A program made the translations under genes and the position numbers. The notes below the pieces were generated by a model. That model saw only the letters and a list, made by a program, of their open reading frames with translations. It was not told where the DNA came from and did not search any database. 64,000 bases of DNA, taken from NCBI GenBank assembly GCA_030141605.1, contig JAQGDQ010000078.1, forward strand, positions 186,001-250,000, in the 5' to 3' direction. Positions 49,900 to 63,005 of this stretch are shown here, in pieces. Numbering within the stretch: the stretch's first letter is position 1; each line of letters starts with the position of its first letter. The DNA is from Tubiluchus corallicola (lineage: Eukaryota > Animalia > Priapulida).

Positions 49900-50880
49900 T
49901 TTATAATATATGCTATCTTATTGGTCATCTTGAAAATGGCGCTCATATTGGAGGATTATTTTATCCAAAATTAATCCAAATTGCCTAAAAGGTTCTAGCA
50001 TTGTGCTAAATTTCATAACTTTTAGATGAAATGAGCAATTTTTCACGATTCTGCTGAACTATACATCGGGGACCCGGCGGCCATTTCTCTTTTCTCTTAT
50101 TTCTTATTACTAGTTATTAGTTAAACAGTATTTAGGTTCAACAAGATCGAATTAGCAAAAATGACGTGCTTTTTGTTTTTATAAAAAATCTTTACGTGAA
50201 AAGGTAATACATAATTTCTTTTTATGCAACGTTTTTGAAAGCGACCGTTTTTGTAGCAACGGTAACAGTAATGGACAGTAAAGGCCCTGGAATATACTTC
50301 ATAATATCATCGCTTCACAATATTAATTTTCTGGGAACTTATTTTGTTTTACATTTACAAGATTTTTGCAGCCATTCTGTTTTTTTGCATTTTTGACTAT
50401 TTTCTGCTAATTTTTGAAGCCGCAAAAGCTTTTTGCGGATTTAGCATAGTCAAATTAATAACACTGTCTATGCTTCTCCTGGAACATTATAGAAGCACTT
50501 TTTCATGATTTTCTTCCAGTCTAGTGGCGGCCAGTTTGAAAACGGTCGTCATTTTTCAAATGAAAATTATAAAAATGGGTTTCGCGAGTCCAACTGCCTT
50601 GGAATAGATGTCATAATGGCTATTTAACGTCACTTTTCTGGTAATTTCTTCTAATTTACGTTGGTTGTGCAAAAACTTGGTGGCCATTTTGTTTTTCGCG
50701 TTTTTAACCGCTTTCCGTTAATTTTTCGGGCTGGCAACAACTTTTTTCGGATTTCGGCTGTGTTGCTCATTTTTAGAAAAATAACCCTAAAACTTTATAG
50801 AAGCAAATTTTCAGGATTTGGACCTAGACTATCTGCAAAAGCCTTGTCTGCTAGAAAATGTGACTGATATTAGTAGTCTA
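49900..50880. mobile_element. Probable DNA-transposon terminal remnants (Academ-like) with iterated GGCGGCCATTTT motifs
   Basis: Motif variants at ~49933 (reverse), ~50077, ~50526 and ~50679. Two segments end in CTA (50061 and 50880) after gc.aaattt.ca blocks. Superfamily assignment from memory only. Confidence 0.35.
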
Positions 50881-51799
50881 TTTGTAGGAGTCTAGTGGAA
50901 TAAGCTATTTTTCTTTCACAATTTGCCTTATCCAAGTCCCTGCTATTTCATGCAGCAACTCATTGCAGGCCGGCTATCACTAATCGATCATAAATTTTAA
51001 ACTCAGAATACACAAGTTATACACAATGCACTATGCTCTCTAGACTCACTCGACCAGTTTTTGCCAATGCAAAAAGCTAAGGTTTTCCGCACTTGTCATG
51101 GCGTTGATACAATTATCTGATATACAAAATATGAGCGATTCTTGGCATAGTCTGAACATACACTCCTTTAATAATTGAATAAGGTTAGTTCTTGGACTGG
51201 TAAAAGCTTTTTCGTAAAAATTTGAAGTACCTAAATGCTTAAAGATACTGGTGAACTTTTGAGCACACCTCTCATTCAAGAAAACCCTTGAGTCCAGAGA
51301 CTAACCAGGTTGTGTAAACAGACACTCAAGCAACAGTTGATAATGCAGGTGGTTTTTAGGAAGGGCCTTAGAGGCTGTTACACAACTTCTTGAATACCGA
51401 ACGACTGGCTTTGAGCAAAATTATTTATGTCCTTCCACGAAAACTACCCAGCAAACAAATTTCTTATGAAGTTCTTGTGAATACGTCTCAGAAGTCATTT
51501 TAGGGTACTTTTGTTATTCTCGTGGTGCAACTAAAAGCCATTTTTGAAAAATAGCGTAAATGCCAAAGAAATTATGAAACAGCTGCGTGACGCAAAGAGC
51601 ACTTCGTGAATGTGAGAAATGAATGACCGAAAGATGTTATTATCATGCTGCGAATAACAATTTCTGTTGAATTACACAAAATTCAGCAGAAGATAACAAC
51701 AGAAAAAATACGTCACTTTCTGGACGTAAGATGCTAGTACTGGCCTGTTAGATGATACCTTCATTCAATATTGCAAGTTGATATTTTAGCATAAGCAGC

Positions 51800-52067
51800 T
51801 ACGACCCTACGCCGTAGAAACAATGTAGGTGCCAAAAGGACAAAAAAGAACAAAAACACTTATTTACACTCGTTGGGACGACAGACAACATTAGCCATGT
51901 GCTACCATAAGCGATTCTTAACGAATACAACAACACTGAGATGCCACAAATAAATAACACAGATAGCAGCCGTTGCGCCAGTACAGGTGGTCGTGAGATT
52001 CGAACTCGGGCTGCAAGCAGAGTAGCACCCACAGTCCGTTACCTTAATCACTCGACCACCCGTACTG
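51800..52067 (-). mobile_element. tRNA(Ser/Leu-type)-derived SINE or tRNA pseudogene
   Basis: Reverse complement ggtggtcgagtgattaagg (A box), a long variable region and gagttcgaatctc (B box). The anticodon and T stems are broken, so it is not a functional tRNA. Confidence 0.6.
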
Positions 52068-53519
52068 ACTTGAAAGTACGGCGCGCCTTGGAAAAGAATG
52101 ATTGATTGACTGATTAATTATAATTTTACTTCAGACAAAAAAGTCCATATAAAAATACAATGCAATACATAAAATTCGTGAAATTAAAATAGTCTTAACT
52201 AAAATCTAATTACTAAAAATAAAGATTAAATTAATTACACACAAGCACATATATTCAAGTAAACGATTATAGGAATATAATTACATTATTAATACATAAC
52301 CAATAAACATACTATTTAAAATTCATAAATTCAAGTAGTAAAATCGTTAGGTTTATGGAACAGAAGTGACCTCCGTTTCGCTTGCAAAAGAATGACGATA
52401 GGAAAAATTCTTAATCATTGTCTCTTAATTTTCTGCATTAAAAACACATGACAAACGTGGAACACAAATTCCAAAGCATGAACGCTACGAATGAATTCAC
52501 CTTACCGACAAAAGCTTAGGTGAACTAGCTTTATTAGCTGAAATGAATATCGTTACTTGTAAAGAAGCCTAAAAGAAAGTCACAAATATGCATACCTACA
52601 CGTTGCGAATTCTAAAACGAATTACCACATTAATATTAAATTTTAATAATTTCGTTACCACTTTTACATACACGGAGATATACGGAGATACACGGCGGGA
52701 GAGAGGAATTATACTGCTAATAATAATGCACGCAAAATGTTGCACAATTTACTGCTAATAATATACGCAAAATGTTACAGAATTATGTAATGGCAAGCGT
52801 GTCACGTATTCGGAAAACTGCAGAGTAATGAAAACCTTGTGAACCTCAATACGTTGTTGTTCTTCCTCGTCTTGAGCGCTGTCATGTTGAAAAGCTCATT
52901 TTCATACATACAACTTTTTTGATGAAAAATAACTAATAAAATATAATTTAATCGCTTTTGTATTATAGATAAGCAGTTTCAAAACACAAATTTGAATTTC
53001 TTGTAATGATCTTTGTAATTCAGCTGTAAAAAATTGAATTTTTGTAAAGTATACGATAGTAGGAAAAATCATTACCAATGGTTTTACATGATTGCGATAT
53101 AAATTAATCATAATCCTTATTTGGCACACGACGTGCTTGTCTCATTAGCCTGGACTGCAGCAGTGCGTGTGTATATCTGAAATTACAAGCCACTAATTAG
53201 TGTGATTGGAAATCGACACACTACTTGTATAAATATGTAGTAATAGCAATCTTGGGGCGCATGTAAAGTAATAAAGTGAGCAATTTACTGTCATTATATT
53301 ATAATATTGCAACGCTGCTGGGTCCTCACCGCCAATGGTCGCTCTCCTAGTCGATTCGTTCCCTCGTGTTTCGGATGCCAATGGTCCGGGTGCAATGCCA
53401 GGATGAAGAAAACTTTATAAACACACACACAGATTTATAGAAATAATTCGCCAGTGAACTTGTCCTGTGTACTTCATGCTGGCTGTATCTTAGGAATAGG
53501 TGTCATGATAGTAAAGACG

Positions 53520-53665
53520 CCTGTTCGTTTACCTGCTGAATCAACGAGGCCATTCCATGTCAGCGGTTTTATACTTGGTATGGAAAGCTGATATGCAATG
53601 TCCTAATAATTGATCGAACCTTCACAATACAAGGGTAGGGAGAGAAAATAATGGCATTTCGCCGT
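53520..53665. repeat. Unclassified dispersed repeat, second copy at ~55808-55955
   Basis: Shared gtttacc..cgaggccattccat..ctgatatgcaatgtc..taat.gatcgaacc.tcacaat..gcatttc. Confidence 0.75.
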
Positions 53666-55279
53666 CGTAACGCAATAACGAAATTTGAGTAGTTTTGCGT
53701 TGTATTACAAGAAAAGAAATTAACACAAATAAATTCAATCAGTCGTTACATAAGTGTTAGTGAGCTATATACAGTGATATAGAAAATATTACACCCTTAC
53801 TGAAATTTACTGTTAATAGTGCGAACTGCACTGTATCCAAGTTGAGCATTCGATCGGTCACAGTCTATTCCAGATCTAGATCCTGAAAGCCCACAATGCT
53901 AGTGCCGATGCACGTTAGTTGTTAGTATGGTGTATTGGAAACAGTTCTGCGTTCTTTTCCTTTATATGAATTTCGATTAGCACCATTTTGTTAGCTGTTC
54001 ATTAGGCTAGAGAATTTTTCCTTTGTAAAGTCTTATCAATCACTAGATTTGACTATAAACATCCAACACCATAAAAGCATATATATATAGGCGCAAGCCC
54101 AGACATCATTCGTCTAATGCTTGCTTATCACCACCTATTATAAAATACAGTTTACGAATGCAGGCATGCCGTACGTCAAATATTACATGCCATGCCTGAA
54201 AATAGTAGTCTACCCTAAAATAATTATTATATTATCGCTAACAAACATTTTCTTATTTTCTGAATGGCCTGAAATATTTACCTTTTAAAGTCGTGATTTT
54301 AAATACTTACATAACATCCAGACATTTATCCGTACGTGCTTTTAGGTACATAAGCTCTGTTTAATTGTTTTCAAATAATCCACTGAAAGTTTGTTCCAGT
54401 CCACAAAGACCTTTGTCAACCCAAAGTGTTGTGCAATATCAAGGTGTGTGGTAACACTTAATGAAATTCCTCTGGTCTTTATTAGCCGTAGAGCATCCAG
54501 TTACGTCTGCAGTAACATTAGATGAGGAGCAATCTTACTGGTTTTTCTGAAACTTAATACATGATCCTTGTATTTTAATTTGGGCTATAACAATCAGGTT
54601 AGATTAAACTAATTAGTTCAATAGACAATTCCGTAATCGTTTTCTTTTTACTCCTAAGTTTTCATATCTGCCAATTGCTACAAGTTTCTACTGTGTTTAT
54701 CAATATCAGCCTGACTTTGAGACAACATTATGTACACTCTGTGGTTTTGAACGTCTTGTCGACTGAGTTGCATTAATTAATTGACGGTTTTCTTTTAAAG
54801 CCACTAAACTTTCAAAATTAGTCCTAGATTACGCGTACGCTACCAAACATACCGGTACTACAACTAAGGTCTGCTGATTTTATTATAAAACTTCTATCTC
54901 TGATCAGTTTAAACACTAAGAACTGTTTAATTAGGGGCAATTTATTTACTACGTTTTCAAGACTACCTGGTGCATTGGGTAGACTCATCTTGGTCCAGAC
55001 TCATCTTAGCGTGGTTCTGGGTCATTTAAACAAGAGATCTCTTGAATCTATTTTAAGTCACATCAATTATTTTACTTTTGTTTCCCCTTCCCACCATCTA
55101 AACCTATATTTTTCTTATGTGGTTCTCAGGGAGGAATGCTGTAGGTTACACATCAAAATAAAAGGTTACCCTTAATTCAGTTAATAGTCCTGTGAATCCG
55201 ACTCCTTTTTCGTTATTGGAACAAGGAAACAGAGACAGCAGAGCAACAGCATGTACTCATGTTTACCAATGGTTTACTG

Positions 55280-55440
55280 GATATCTCTACTCCCCTAACA
55301 TGCTATCAGACTTAGCCAGCAGTGACTGACTATAAAATTCACCTGCAAGTTTACCAATCCGGGGAGCAAAGTCAAGTAGAGCATGTTCAAGGCGCGCTAG
55401 CCTCCATCGGGATTCAAACCATCTCTGTAAGTGCAGAGAA
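55280..55440 (-). mobile_element. Decayed tRNA-derived SINE with a CORE-like body
   Basis: Reverse complement B box ggtttgaatccc, followed by gcgccttgaacatgctctact..tgctcc, similar to CORE-type gtgtccttgagcaaggcactt..tgctcc. Confidence 0.4.
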
Positions 55441-56019
55441 TTGCATCCATGGGCAATAATAACAAACAGAAGTACTTGGTATCAATGGGTTTTGTAAGTG
55501 GTGTTTTTGGTGACAATAGTAATGATGATTTGCGTAAAGGTATATAGTCCGTACGTCACTTGCAGTACTGTCTAAACTGATGTGAAGTAGACGATGCATC
55601 AGTGCTACCATAATATTGTTGCAAAGGCGGCCAAGAAGTCCAGAATTGAAATCAGAATCATTTAAACCATGTTGCAGTTGAAATTGAGAAATCAACTAAG
55701 AAAGTTAAAAATGTTAAACAGAAAATTAAAGTAGCAACTAACCATATTCTTTTCCTGCATTCCCCATGCTGATCATAATTATAGAACAGGTGCTCTGATG
55801 GTTGTGTCCCTCTGTTTACCGAACCGAGGCCATTCCATACCATACCAGACTACCAGCTACTTATAGTTGCTATGCAGTACTGATATGCAATGTCTTCGTA
55901 ATGGATCGAACCATCACAATGTAGAAGGGGTCGAAAATGAATAGCATTTCAACCCGCAACAATCTAATAAGTTGTTAAATTATGTTCTGTACAATTACAT
56001 ATGCAACTTATTAATAGAC

Positions 56020-56483
<464 letters not shown>

Positions 56484-56814
56484 TGGAGTGCCGGTTTTTT
56501 CATATGATGATCACTTTCGAATTTCGACTTCGTTGAGCTTGCAAGAAAAGCCTGAGAAGGGTATCTGTGGACCTTGCGGTTTCACTGTTTGAGTATTGTA
56601 GAGGATGATGAAGATCTCCCGCACTGATAATGCAAACGTTTCAGAATGGAAAATGTAAACTAAATGTATTAATTTTCCGCAATTATTAATATTTTGTTGT
56701 TAAGAGGAGGACGGCTGTAAGAAAAAGGAGTAAGGAATAGATGAGAATGAAAGACCAAAGTCTACAGACTTTGTATATTGTCAATATAGAACAGATTGAG
56801 CAATGCTATCGAAT

Positions 56815-57720
56815 GTTTTACCTTCGACTTCGATAATCAGGGCAAAGCTAGCTCATTGTTCTTCTTTGCTACTTAATTGTACACTTGACGATGTAGAATA
56901 ATAAGATTACCGTAGATCGACAGGGCGAAGCCTATAAGTAGGCGTTTTGCTCATAGTTATCCCTCTTATTAAAACTCTGTTAATCGTTTTATCACACGTT
57001 TTCTCTCTCATGTTTTACATTTTTGTTTTCTCTCTAATGTTGTCCCTCCTGGTGGAAGTGCTGCCTAGCAATAGCTATCATGGTACGGTGAGGAAGCAAG
57101 GTCAATGGTGGTATTGTGAAAGGGTCAGATGTGTCGCATTTATGATAAATTGAAATGATGTTGCAATAGGTTGGGTTGCAGTCCACTCAGGCTGAAACAG
57201 ATAGTGGAACTTCATTGGATGGCCTTCCCAATACATACCTAGTTTCTTCCTGAATTGATTTGCTGATGTGGTGAGGGAATTCCAATCATTTATTACTCTG
57301 AAAATGAATCTATTTTTGTTTCTATACCTGGGATTTGTAATCTTGTTTCCCACTCCATATGGATTAACTGAAAAATATTTTCTGCTATCGATTCTTGTAA
57401 GGTTGTTGTATATACTATACAACATAATTTGATCACTTCTTTTTCTTCTGAAATGTAGCAACAGTATTTTCAGTATCTGCATTCTCTCTACATATGGTAG
57501 ATCTTTGATTGGTGGTACTAACTTGGTGACTTTCTGTTAAATAGATTCTACCTTACATACTGCTTAAAGTTTGGATGGACACCAAATTACATCACCATAG
57601 TCTAGTATCGGTCTTATGAAAAATGTTATGAAATGTTTTGTGAAAAAAGGCATCAGGTCAGTGTCCATATAGGTGAAAGGACGCTTCCTAGCTCGTTTGG
57701 CCATTTCCTCAATGTCTTCA
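56815..57720 (-). mobile_element. 5'-truncated CR1 LINE related to copy A
   Basis: FIRPILDYGDVIWCP..ESI..VTKLVPPIKDLPYVER..FIFRVINDWNSL..FRKKLGMYW..LFQPEW. The QPEW end and the terminal tttaccttcga..gggc.aagcta motif are shared with 270-440. Confidence 0.85.
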
Positions 57721-58493
57721 AATCAATAATAACAGTAATAATGTATAAATAGAATGAGCGGTGCCTTTGAGAGAAATAGACTACCGTTTCCCAAAGACAA
57801 CGCTTAGTTTCAGAACCTACAATCTAAAACATACATTTACTTATGGCCACAAAGCTATAGGCAAATCAGTAATAGAATAGAACAGAATAATTAATTATTG
57901 CAGGCATATATTACAGACAGTCTAGTAGATTTTTCAACACAATTTAGCTACTGGAAATCATTAAAATTTGTGTTGTACTTGATATTGATTATTTATTACA
58001 TGAATAACCTTCTTCTTCATGATGATAGTGTTATAAGCTAAACAAATGAATTTGTCTGTTGCTGCTGATTTGTGCTTGAATGGCTTTCCTACATTAATTT
58101 CACTGTTCATAGCATTTGATAGGACACTAGGTTGTATTATGATTGGTAATAAATAAAAATGTGGAAAATTCTGCGACAAATGATTAGTGTTGTTGTTTTA
58201 CAGCACATCATTATTTGTCCTGAAAAGTTTTCAACTCTTAAATCAGCTCCAAGATTATTATAATGTAACTTTACTGAGTGAAAATAGTTATAGTTTAGAT
58301 GTACATAAATGGGTCACTAGTCCATTGCATCACATCTGGTACTTAGCAAGTGAGTATTTAGCACCAGAGACATTACTGCGGATGGCAAATTGATCATGTT
58401 GTTCATGCTCAACTGTTCGTTTGTGCAATACGTTTTTTTATTACTTGTAGAAAAAGAAATGTTTTGTAAAGCATGTAAATATGTGCATTAATA

Positions 58494-58591
58494 ATGTCAA
58501 GCCACCCTGCTGTAACTGATGCAGTTGATCCACAAGTTTCTGATGGTGAAAACAACAGTTATTCCTCCGAATTCACAGAGAGTGAAGTTAG
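58494..58591 (+). CDS. INTU: Inturned (CPLANE/PCP effector), coding exon 1
   Basis: ATG 58494 with in-frame stops upstream; acidic/Ser-rich MSSHPAVTDAVDPQVSDGENNSYSSEFTESEVS; donor ag|gtaagc in phase 2 fits the next exon. Little sequence conservation on its own. Confidence 0.7.
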
Positions 58592-59484
58592 GTAAGCATC
58601 TACAAATGTACACTTTTCTTCATTACTTGTAAATTTCTAATCTTAAATGTGTCACCTGTTCATTATTATGTTATATATTATACAATTACAACAGTAATCG
58701 TTAACTTAAGGTTTTACCTTTCATAGGTAAAAATTTTATAAGCAGTGTGATCACAGAGCTTTCGTGCACTCTGCTCCCAGCTATAGATTAATTTGTCAAG
58801 GTAACTTTAACCTGCTAATAATTGTGAAAGTTTTTTTAAGTCAACTCAGAAATATAGTTTTTTCTTTTTCTGAAAAACGGTACACATCTGTAGACTGAAA
58901 CATCCATTTTTTGTGAGAAAAATTGTATTTTAAAATATTTTTTGGGTGCAATATTTGCCATATTATAATAAGCTGGAGTTCTAGTTCTGAGTCATTACAT
59001 TTTTGATTTTGAAATTTTTATATTGTCACCATAATTTATATGAACTTGAAATATTATAAGTGGATTTTTTTACTTTCACATTTTTATTTTAGATTAAAAC
59101 TTTGTATTCTCTGCAAAAAATCATTTTATTAACTTTTGTAAGGTCATAATTACAAACACTGTTGTAAGACTTTTTGGGGACAACAGTTGTCCATGAAGGT
59201 GCTGAAAATTAAATCATTATCATTAGTATAAGCATCAGTATAACTTAGGTTTTTAATACTGATTTTCAAAGCTTCCTGCAATCAAAACATCTGTGGGCCT
59301 TTGTAGACAGGTGCATTAAGTAATTCACAAATTTAAAAACACATCTTCAGCGTAGTTAATTTATATCTACACATACTTTGACTGCAAATGAAATCAAAAT
59401 ACTGTTAAATGTCACGTCTTAATAACAAAGATTTATTATGACTTTATAATAACAATATCTGTTTGATATGACTTTACCATCTAG

Positions 59485-59645
59485 TGACTACCAACCAGTG
59501 TGGCATCTAGGCTTACAGGAAAAAGGCGATGTTTTCTACATTGAAGGTAAACAGAAGACTGAAGTCATTATCCCACGACCCAGCCATCCCGAAAGTCCCG
59601 ATAGTTCCAGTAATATTAAGGATAAAAGTAAATCCAAAAACCGAG
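59485..59645 (+). CDS. INTU: Inturned coding exon 2
   Basis: ctag| acceptor; DYQPVWHLGLQEKGDVFYIE matches the INTU N-terminal motif (human ..EPEWLDSVQKNGELFYLE, from memory); donor g|gtatgc, phase 1. Confidence 0.85.
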
Positions 59646-60056
59646 GTATGCTTATGTTCTGCAGAAAGTAATAAATTAATGTCTTATGTTATTAGGGTTG
59701 TTACACATGATGAAACTCCAGCAATACAACAAATAATGGAACAAACTAATAAGAATAGTAACAGTCTTGTATTTAACGGGAAACATTCTTGTTGCCTAAT
59801 ACTCAATGAACTAATACCTGAGGTCATTTTGTCCGTAGTCCGTAGTGTTTCTTGAAGCCTAAGATGCTAATATAATGACATTTTACGCATTGTTTGAATC
59901 CTAGGTAATTACGTCAATTACAATATACATAAAATTCGAGAATTTTGCTTGAGTATTTTGAAACACATTCATACGCATTGTAAATTTAAGTTTGGCAACG
60001 GGACAAATGATGATGCTAAAATCTTTTGCTCAAATGAATTTTTTCTTGATTTGCAG

Positions 60057-60239
60057 GTCTGATTAACAAGAAACATGTTGGTGCGGAGTTTTCAAAAGCA
60101 GAAAATCTGTCTCATGCTGTTACATTTTCACACTCGCCTAGTGGAATAGTACAAGAGCTGTATCTAGAAGTAGACCCGGCTCGTCATAACTATGGCCGTC
60201 GTGCAACGCTTTGTGAAACACTGTTTGGTATTATTCCCG
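60057..60239 (+). CDS. INTU: Inturned coding exon 3
   Basis: ttgcag| acceptor; open frame GLINKK..IVQELYLEVDPARHNYGRRATLCETLFGIIP (start of the PDZ region); donor g|gtaaga, phase 1. Confidence 0.88.
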
Positions 60240-60719
60240 GTAAGATACCTGATATATGTCACAGAAAAAATATTGCCTATACTAACACTTTGTGCATAAT
60301 CTAAGTATCTATGTAACGCCTTGTCAAATGTAAAATTAAATTGCTTGTAAGATTGTGCAATTTTGCTCATATTTTTTTGTCTCAGGAAACTTCAGTTTTA
60401 TGTTATAATGTTTTGCTGTATTCCGCTTTATTAGTTTTAAGTTGTTTCTTCTGTTTTTGCTTTGTTAAATAGCATTTAGTGTGTAATAATGTTACCCTTT
60501 TACGTATTTGATGTATACTCACACATTACATTTTCTGTATCATAACAGTACATTGGTGTGCAATTTGATTGGAATGATCAGATGTTGCTTAGTTTATTAT
60601 CATGTATGTCTGACCGTACATCCTTAACGACTGCTTATATTTTCGTTGAATGTCGTAGTTCAGCTTCAAAGTGATGAGATGTTTGTTGACTCTGTTTGGA
60701 TCTGAATTTGTTTGTGCAG

Positions 60720-60827
60720 GTTATTTTAGTTATGGTGAGAGTGCAGACGATGACAAAGATGACAGAATCATGGTACAGGGTCTCGTACCTAATGGAGAGG
60801 CATTAAAAAATGGAAATGTCAAAATTG
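60720..60827 (+). CDS. INTU: Inturned coding exon 4 (PDZ)
   Basis: gtgcag| acceptor; DRIMVQGLVPNGEALKNGNVKIG resembles human [23 protein letters not shown]; donor g|gtatgt, phase 1. Confidence 0.92.
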
Positions 60828-60881
60828 GTATGTTAAATTATTTGTTAGTAGTACTTTTATGTTGATCAGTTTATTTGTATT

Positions 60882-60888
<7 letters not shown>

Positions 60889-60931
<43 letters not shown>
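60889..60931. repeat. (TA)n microsatellite in an INTU intron
   Basis: Directly visible. Confidence 0.97.
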
Positions 60932-60932
<1 letters not shown>

Positions 60933-61087
60933 CATAATATATATGTATATTACAATATAATAATGCACTTGATATATTTGTAGTGACATTTTAATCATAT
61001 TTTCAAGAGTGATAACTATTTTAATGCTACATAATGCTGTTATTTTTCCCTTGTCAAGGTTTTATTAGTTAGCATTTATGATTTTAG

Positions 61088-61173
61088 GTGACTGGCTGAG
61101 GTACATTAATGATTTGGAAGTTAATCATATTAATGTCAACAACATCTTGTCTGCTGTCCATGGACCATCACAA
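61088..61173 (+). CDS. INTU: Inturned coding exon 5 (PDZ); the gene continues beyond the window
   Basis: ttttag| acceptor; GDWLRYINDLEVNHINVNNILSAVHGPSQ resembles human [29 protein letters not shown]; donor caa|gtaagt, phase 0. Confidence 0.92.
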
Positions 61174-62943
61174 GTAAGTCATTTTTAATGTGTTGTCACA
61201 GTTTTTTGATAGTTAATATATATTTAGTTTACTTCTCCTCACACAGATTTAGTAGGGCAAACTAATACATGTTGAGTTTGGAAAACTAAGTAAATCTTAA
61301 CCTAAATGTCTGAATGCAATCAGGAAATCTATATACAGTTTCACTGGCTATTATGAATAAAAAATAAATAAATAATACAGACTTGTTAAGACAGCACATC
61401 ATTTATACCCCACCAGTGTTGCCAGAAGGAACCTGATCATGATTCAGGTTTCGGCTCTTGTACCCAGCCAGCATGGTTAAATGTTCAGCTTTCATTACAA
61501 TAATATGAAAGTTTAACATCTCTCCCATGACAAACCACATGATTAGGCATACTGTACTTAATCAGCACAATAGATCACTAATGATTTATAAAAAACTGCA
61601 CATAACAACAGCATAAAATTCAAAGTAAATTAGGACCGTTTCATCAGAAACGAACTCACAAGAAATCTCAAATGAGTGTTTGAGACCGCTACAATATTGT
61701 TTAAGAAAAAGTTTAATTGCTTTTAATGTTTGTACAAATTTTCCTAGCAAGTGAGCTTGCGCTGTATTAATTATAAAAAAGCTGGATGTAGCAAATAAGA
61801 TATCTAATATTTTTGTAAGAAATAATGCCGGTAGTTTTCATTTTTGGTAAAAAATTTTAATATTATCACAAATGCAAATGCGAGAGCTGACTCTGACTTT
61901 TCACTTTGGGTTCGATAATGGTGCACAGTAGTGAGAATACTGTTTACTGGTACCTTGATGAAAATAAATTAATGATCTAGCCTATAAAACATAGTTCTAA
62001 CAAGGCAGAATTTTGCAAAAAGTCGGTTAATTCGAACTGCTACCTATAAATGATAGTGAGTTAGGTACATATTATGCTTTGATTCTGACTCAGACTGTAA
62101 AATAAACAAAGCCAGACTGAACGTTAACTAATAACAGACCAAGACATTTTCTATTCACCTTACAAGATAGCGACCGATTATCTTTGTCACATAATATGGA
62201 CTGGACTGGGACTCCTAACTTACAGAATGTATGCAGCTTTTTAAAAAGGTTGTTAATGTATCCATATATTAACATATATATATCTTTATATATTATCATC
62301 TTTCGTGTAGTCTCACCTCAAATGCAATTATGTATGCATTTATCATTATCTTACTTTAAATATGATCGTTTCCAATAATTTTCCGGCTAATACTCCAACT
62401 GTCCAAAGAGGTCGGAAAGTTTAATTATCTAGATCAGCCAAAGTCTTATAATTCCAGAAAACTATATGACTTGCATGGCTAAGTTTTCACAGTGTATGCT
62501 TCACAACCGAAGTTAGGTAACACCCAGCCAGTGAATGGTTCATGACCAACTGGGTTCAACACTTGTTCTACCATACTCACGTCATCTGCCACACTGATTC
62601 TGCCTGTTCATCTCTTTGAAGCGTGTATATACAGTCCAGGTGCGCCTAAGACATCTGTGTTGGTTCTGGTTCAGGGCTTCATACTAGAAGAGTATCCTTG
62701 ATAATGAGCTATGTTCCAGTATTGGCACAAACTTCAGCATTATGTGACCCTGTTTTTGAGTGCTGGATTTTCTGCTTGCAGTGTGCCAAAGTGTATGCAT
62801 AAAATGGTAGCACACTGTTTGATTGTTACTTGATTATAACTGAGATTGCCAGAATTTTTATAAGCCTTTGCAGTTTATTTCACCGATTACTATCCATTGT
62901 GGGTAATGGGTTGGAGAAATGAGACACCGAAAAATTGTGGACT

Positions 62944-63005
62944 AGTCGGGATTTGAAAGCGAGACTTGGGATTAGTACTGTCATGCTCTCCCAACTGTGT
63001 TGCTA
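62944..63005 (-). mobile_element. Decayed tRNA-derived SINE head
   Basis: Reverse complement cacagttgggagagc (A-box-like) .. tttcaaatcccgac (B-box-like). Confidence 0.4.

Noticed and set aside
51986-52064. Functional tRNA gene (also 10041-10116)
   Set aside because: Anticodon and T stems do not pair properly and there are extra bases before the acceptor 3' strand; treated as SINE or pseudogene.
57060-57072. RFX X-box for the ciliary gene INTU (gctgcctagcaat)
   Set aside because: Two mismatches at key positions of GTTGCCTAGCAAC, and it lies inside a CR1 3' UTR.
59529-59855. 108-aa ORF overlapping INTU exon 2
   Set aside because: An alternative frame running into the intron; the INTU-matching frame is spliced at 59645.
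60620-60628. U12-type branch point (tccttaac) in an INTU intron
   Set aside because: It is ~90 nt from the acceptor and the donor is U2-type gtaaga, not gtatcctt or atatcctt.
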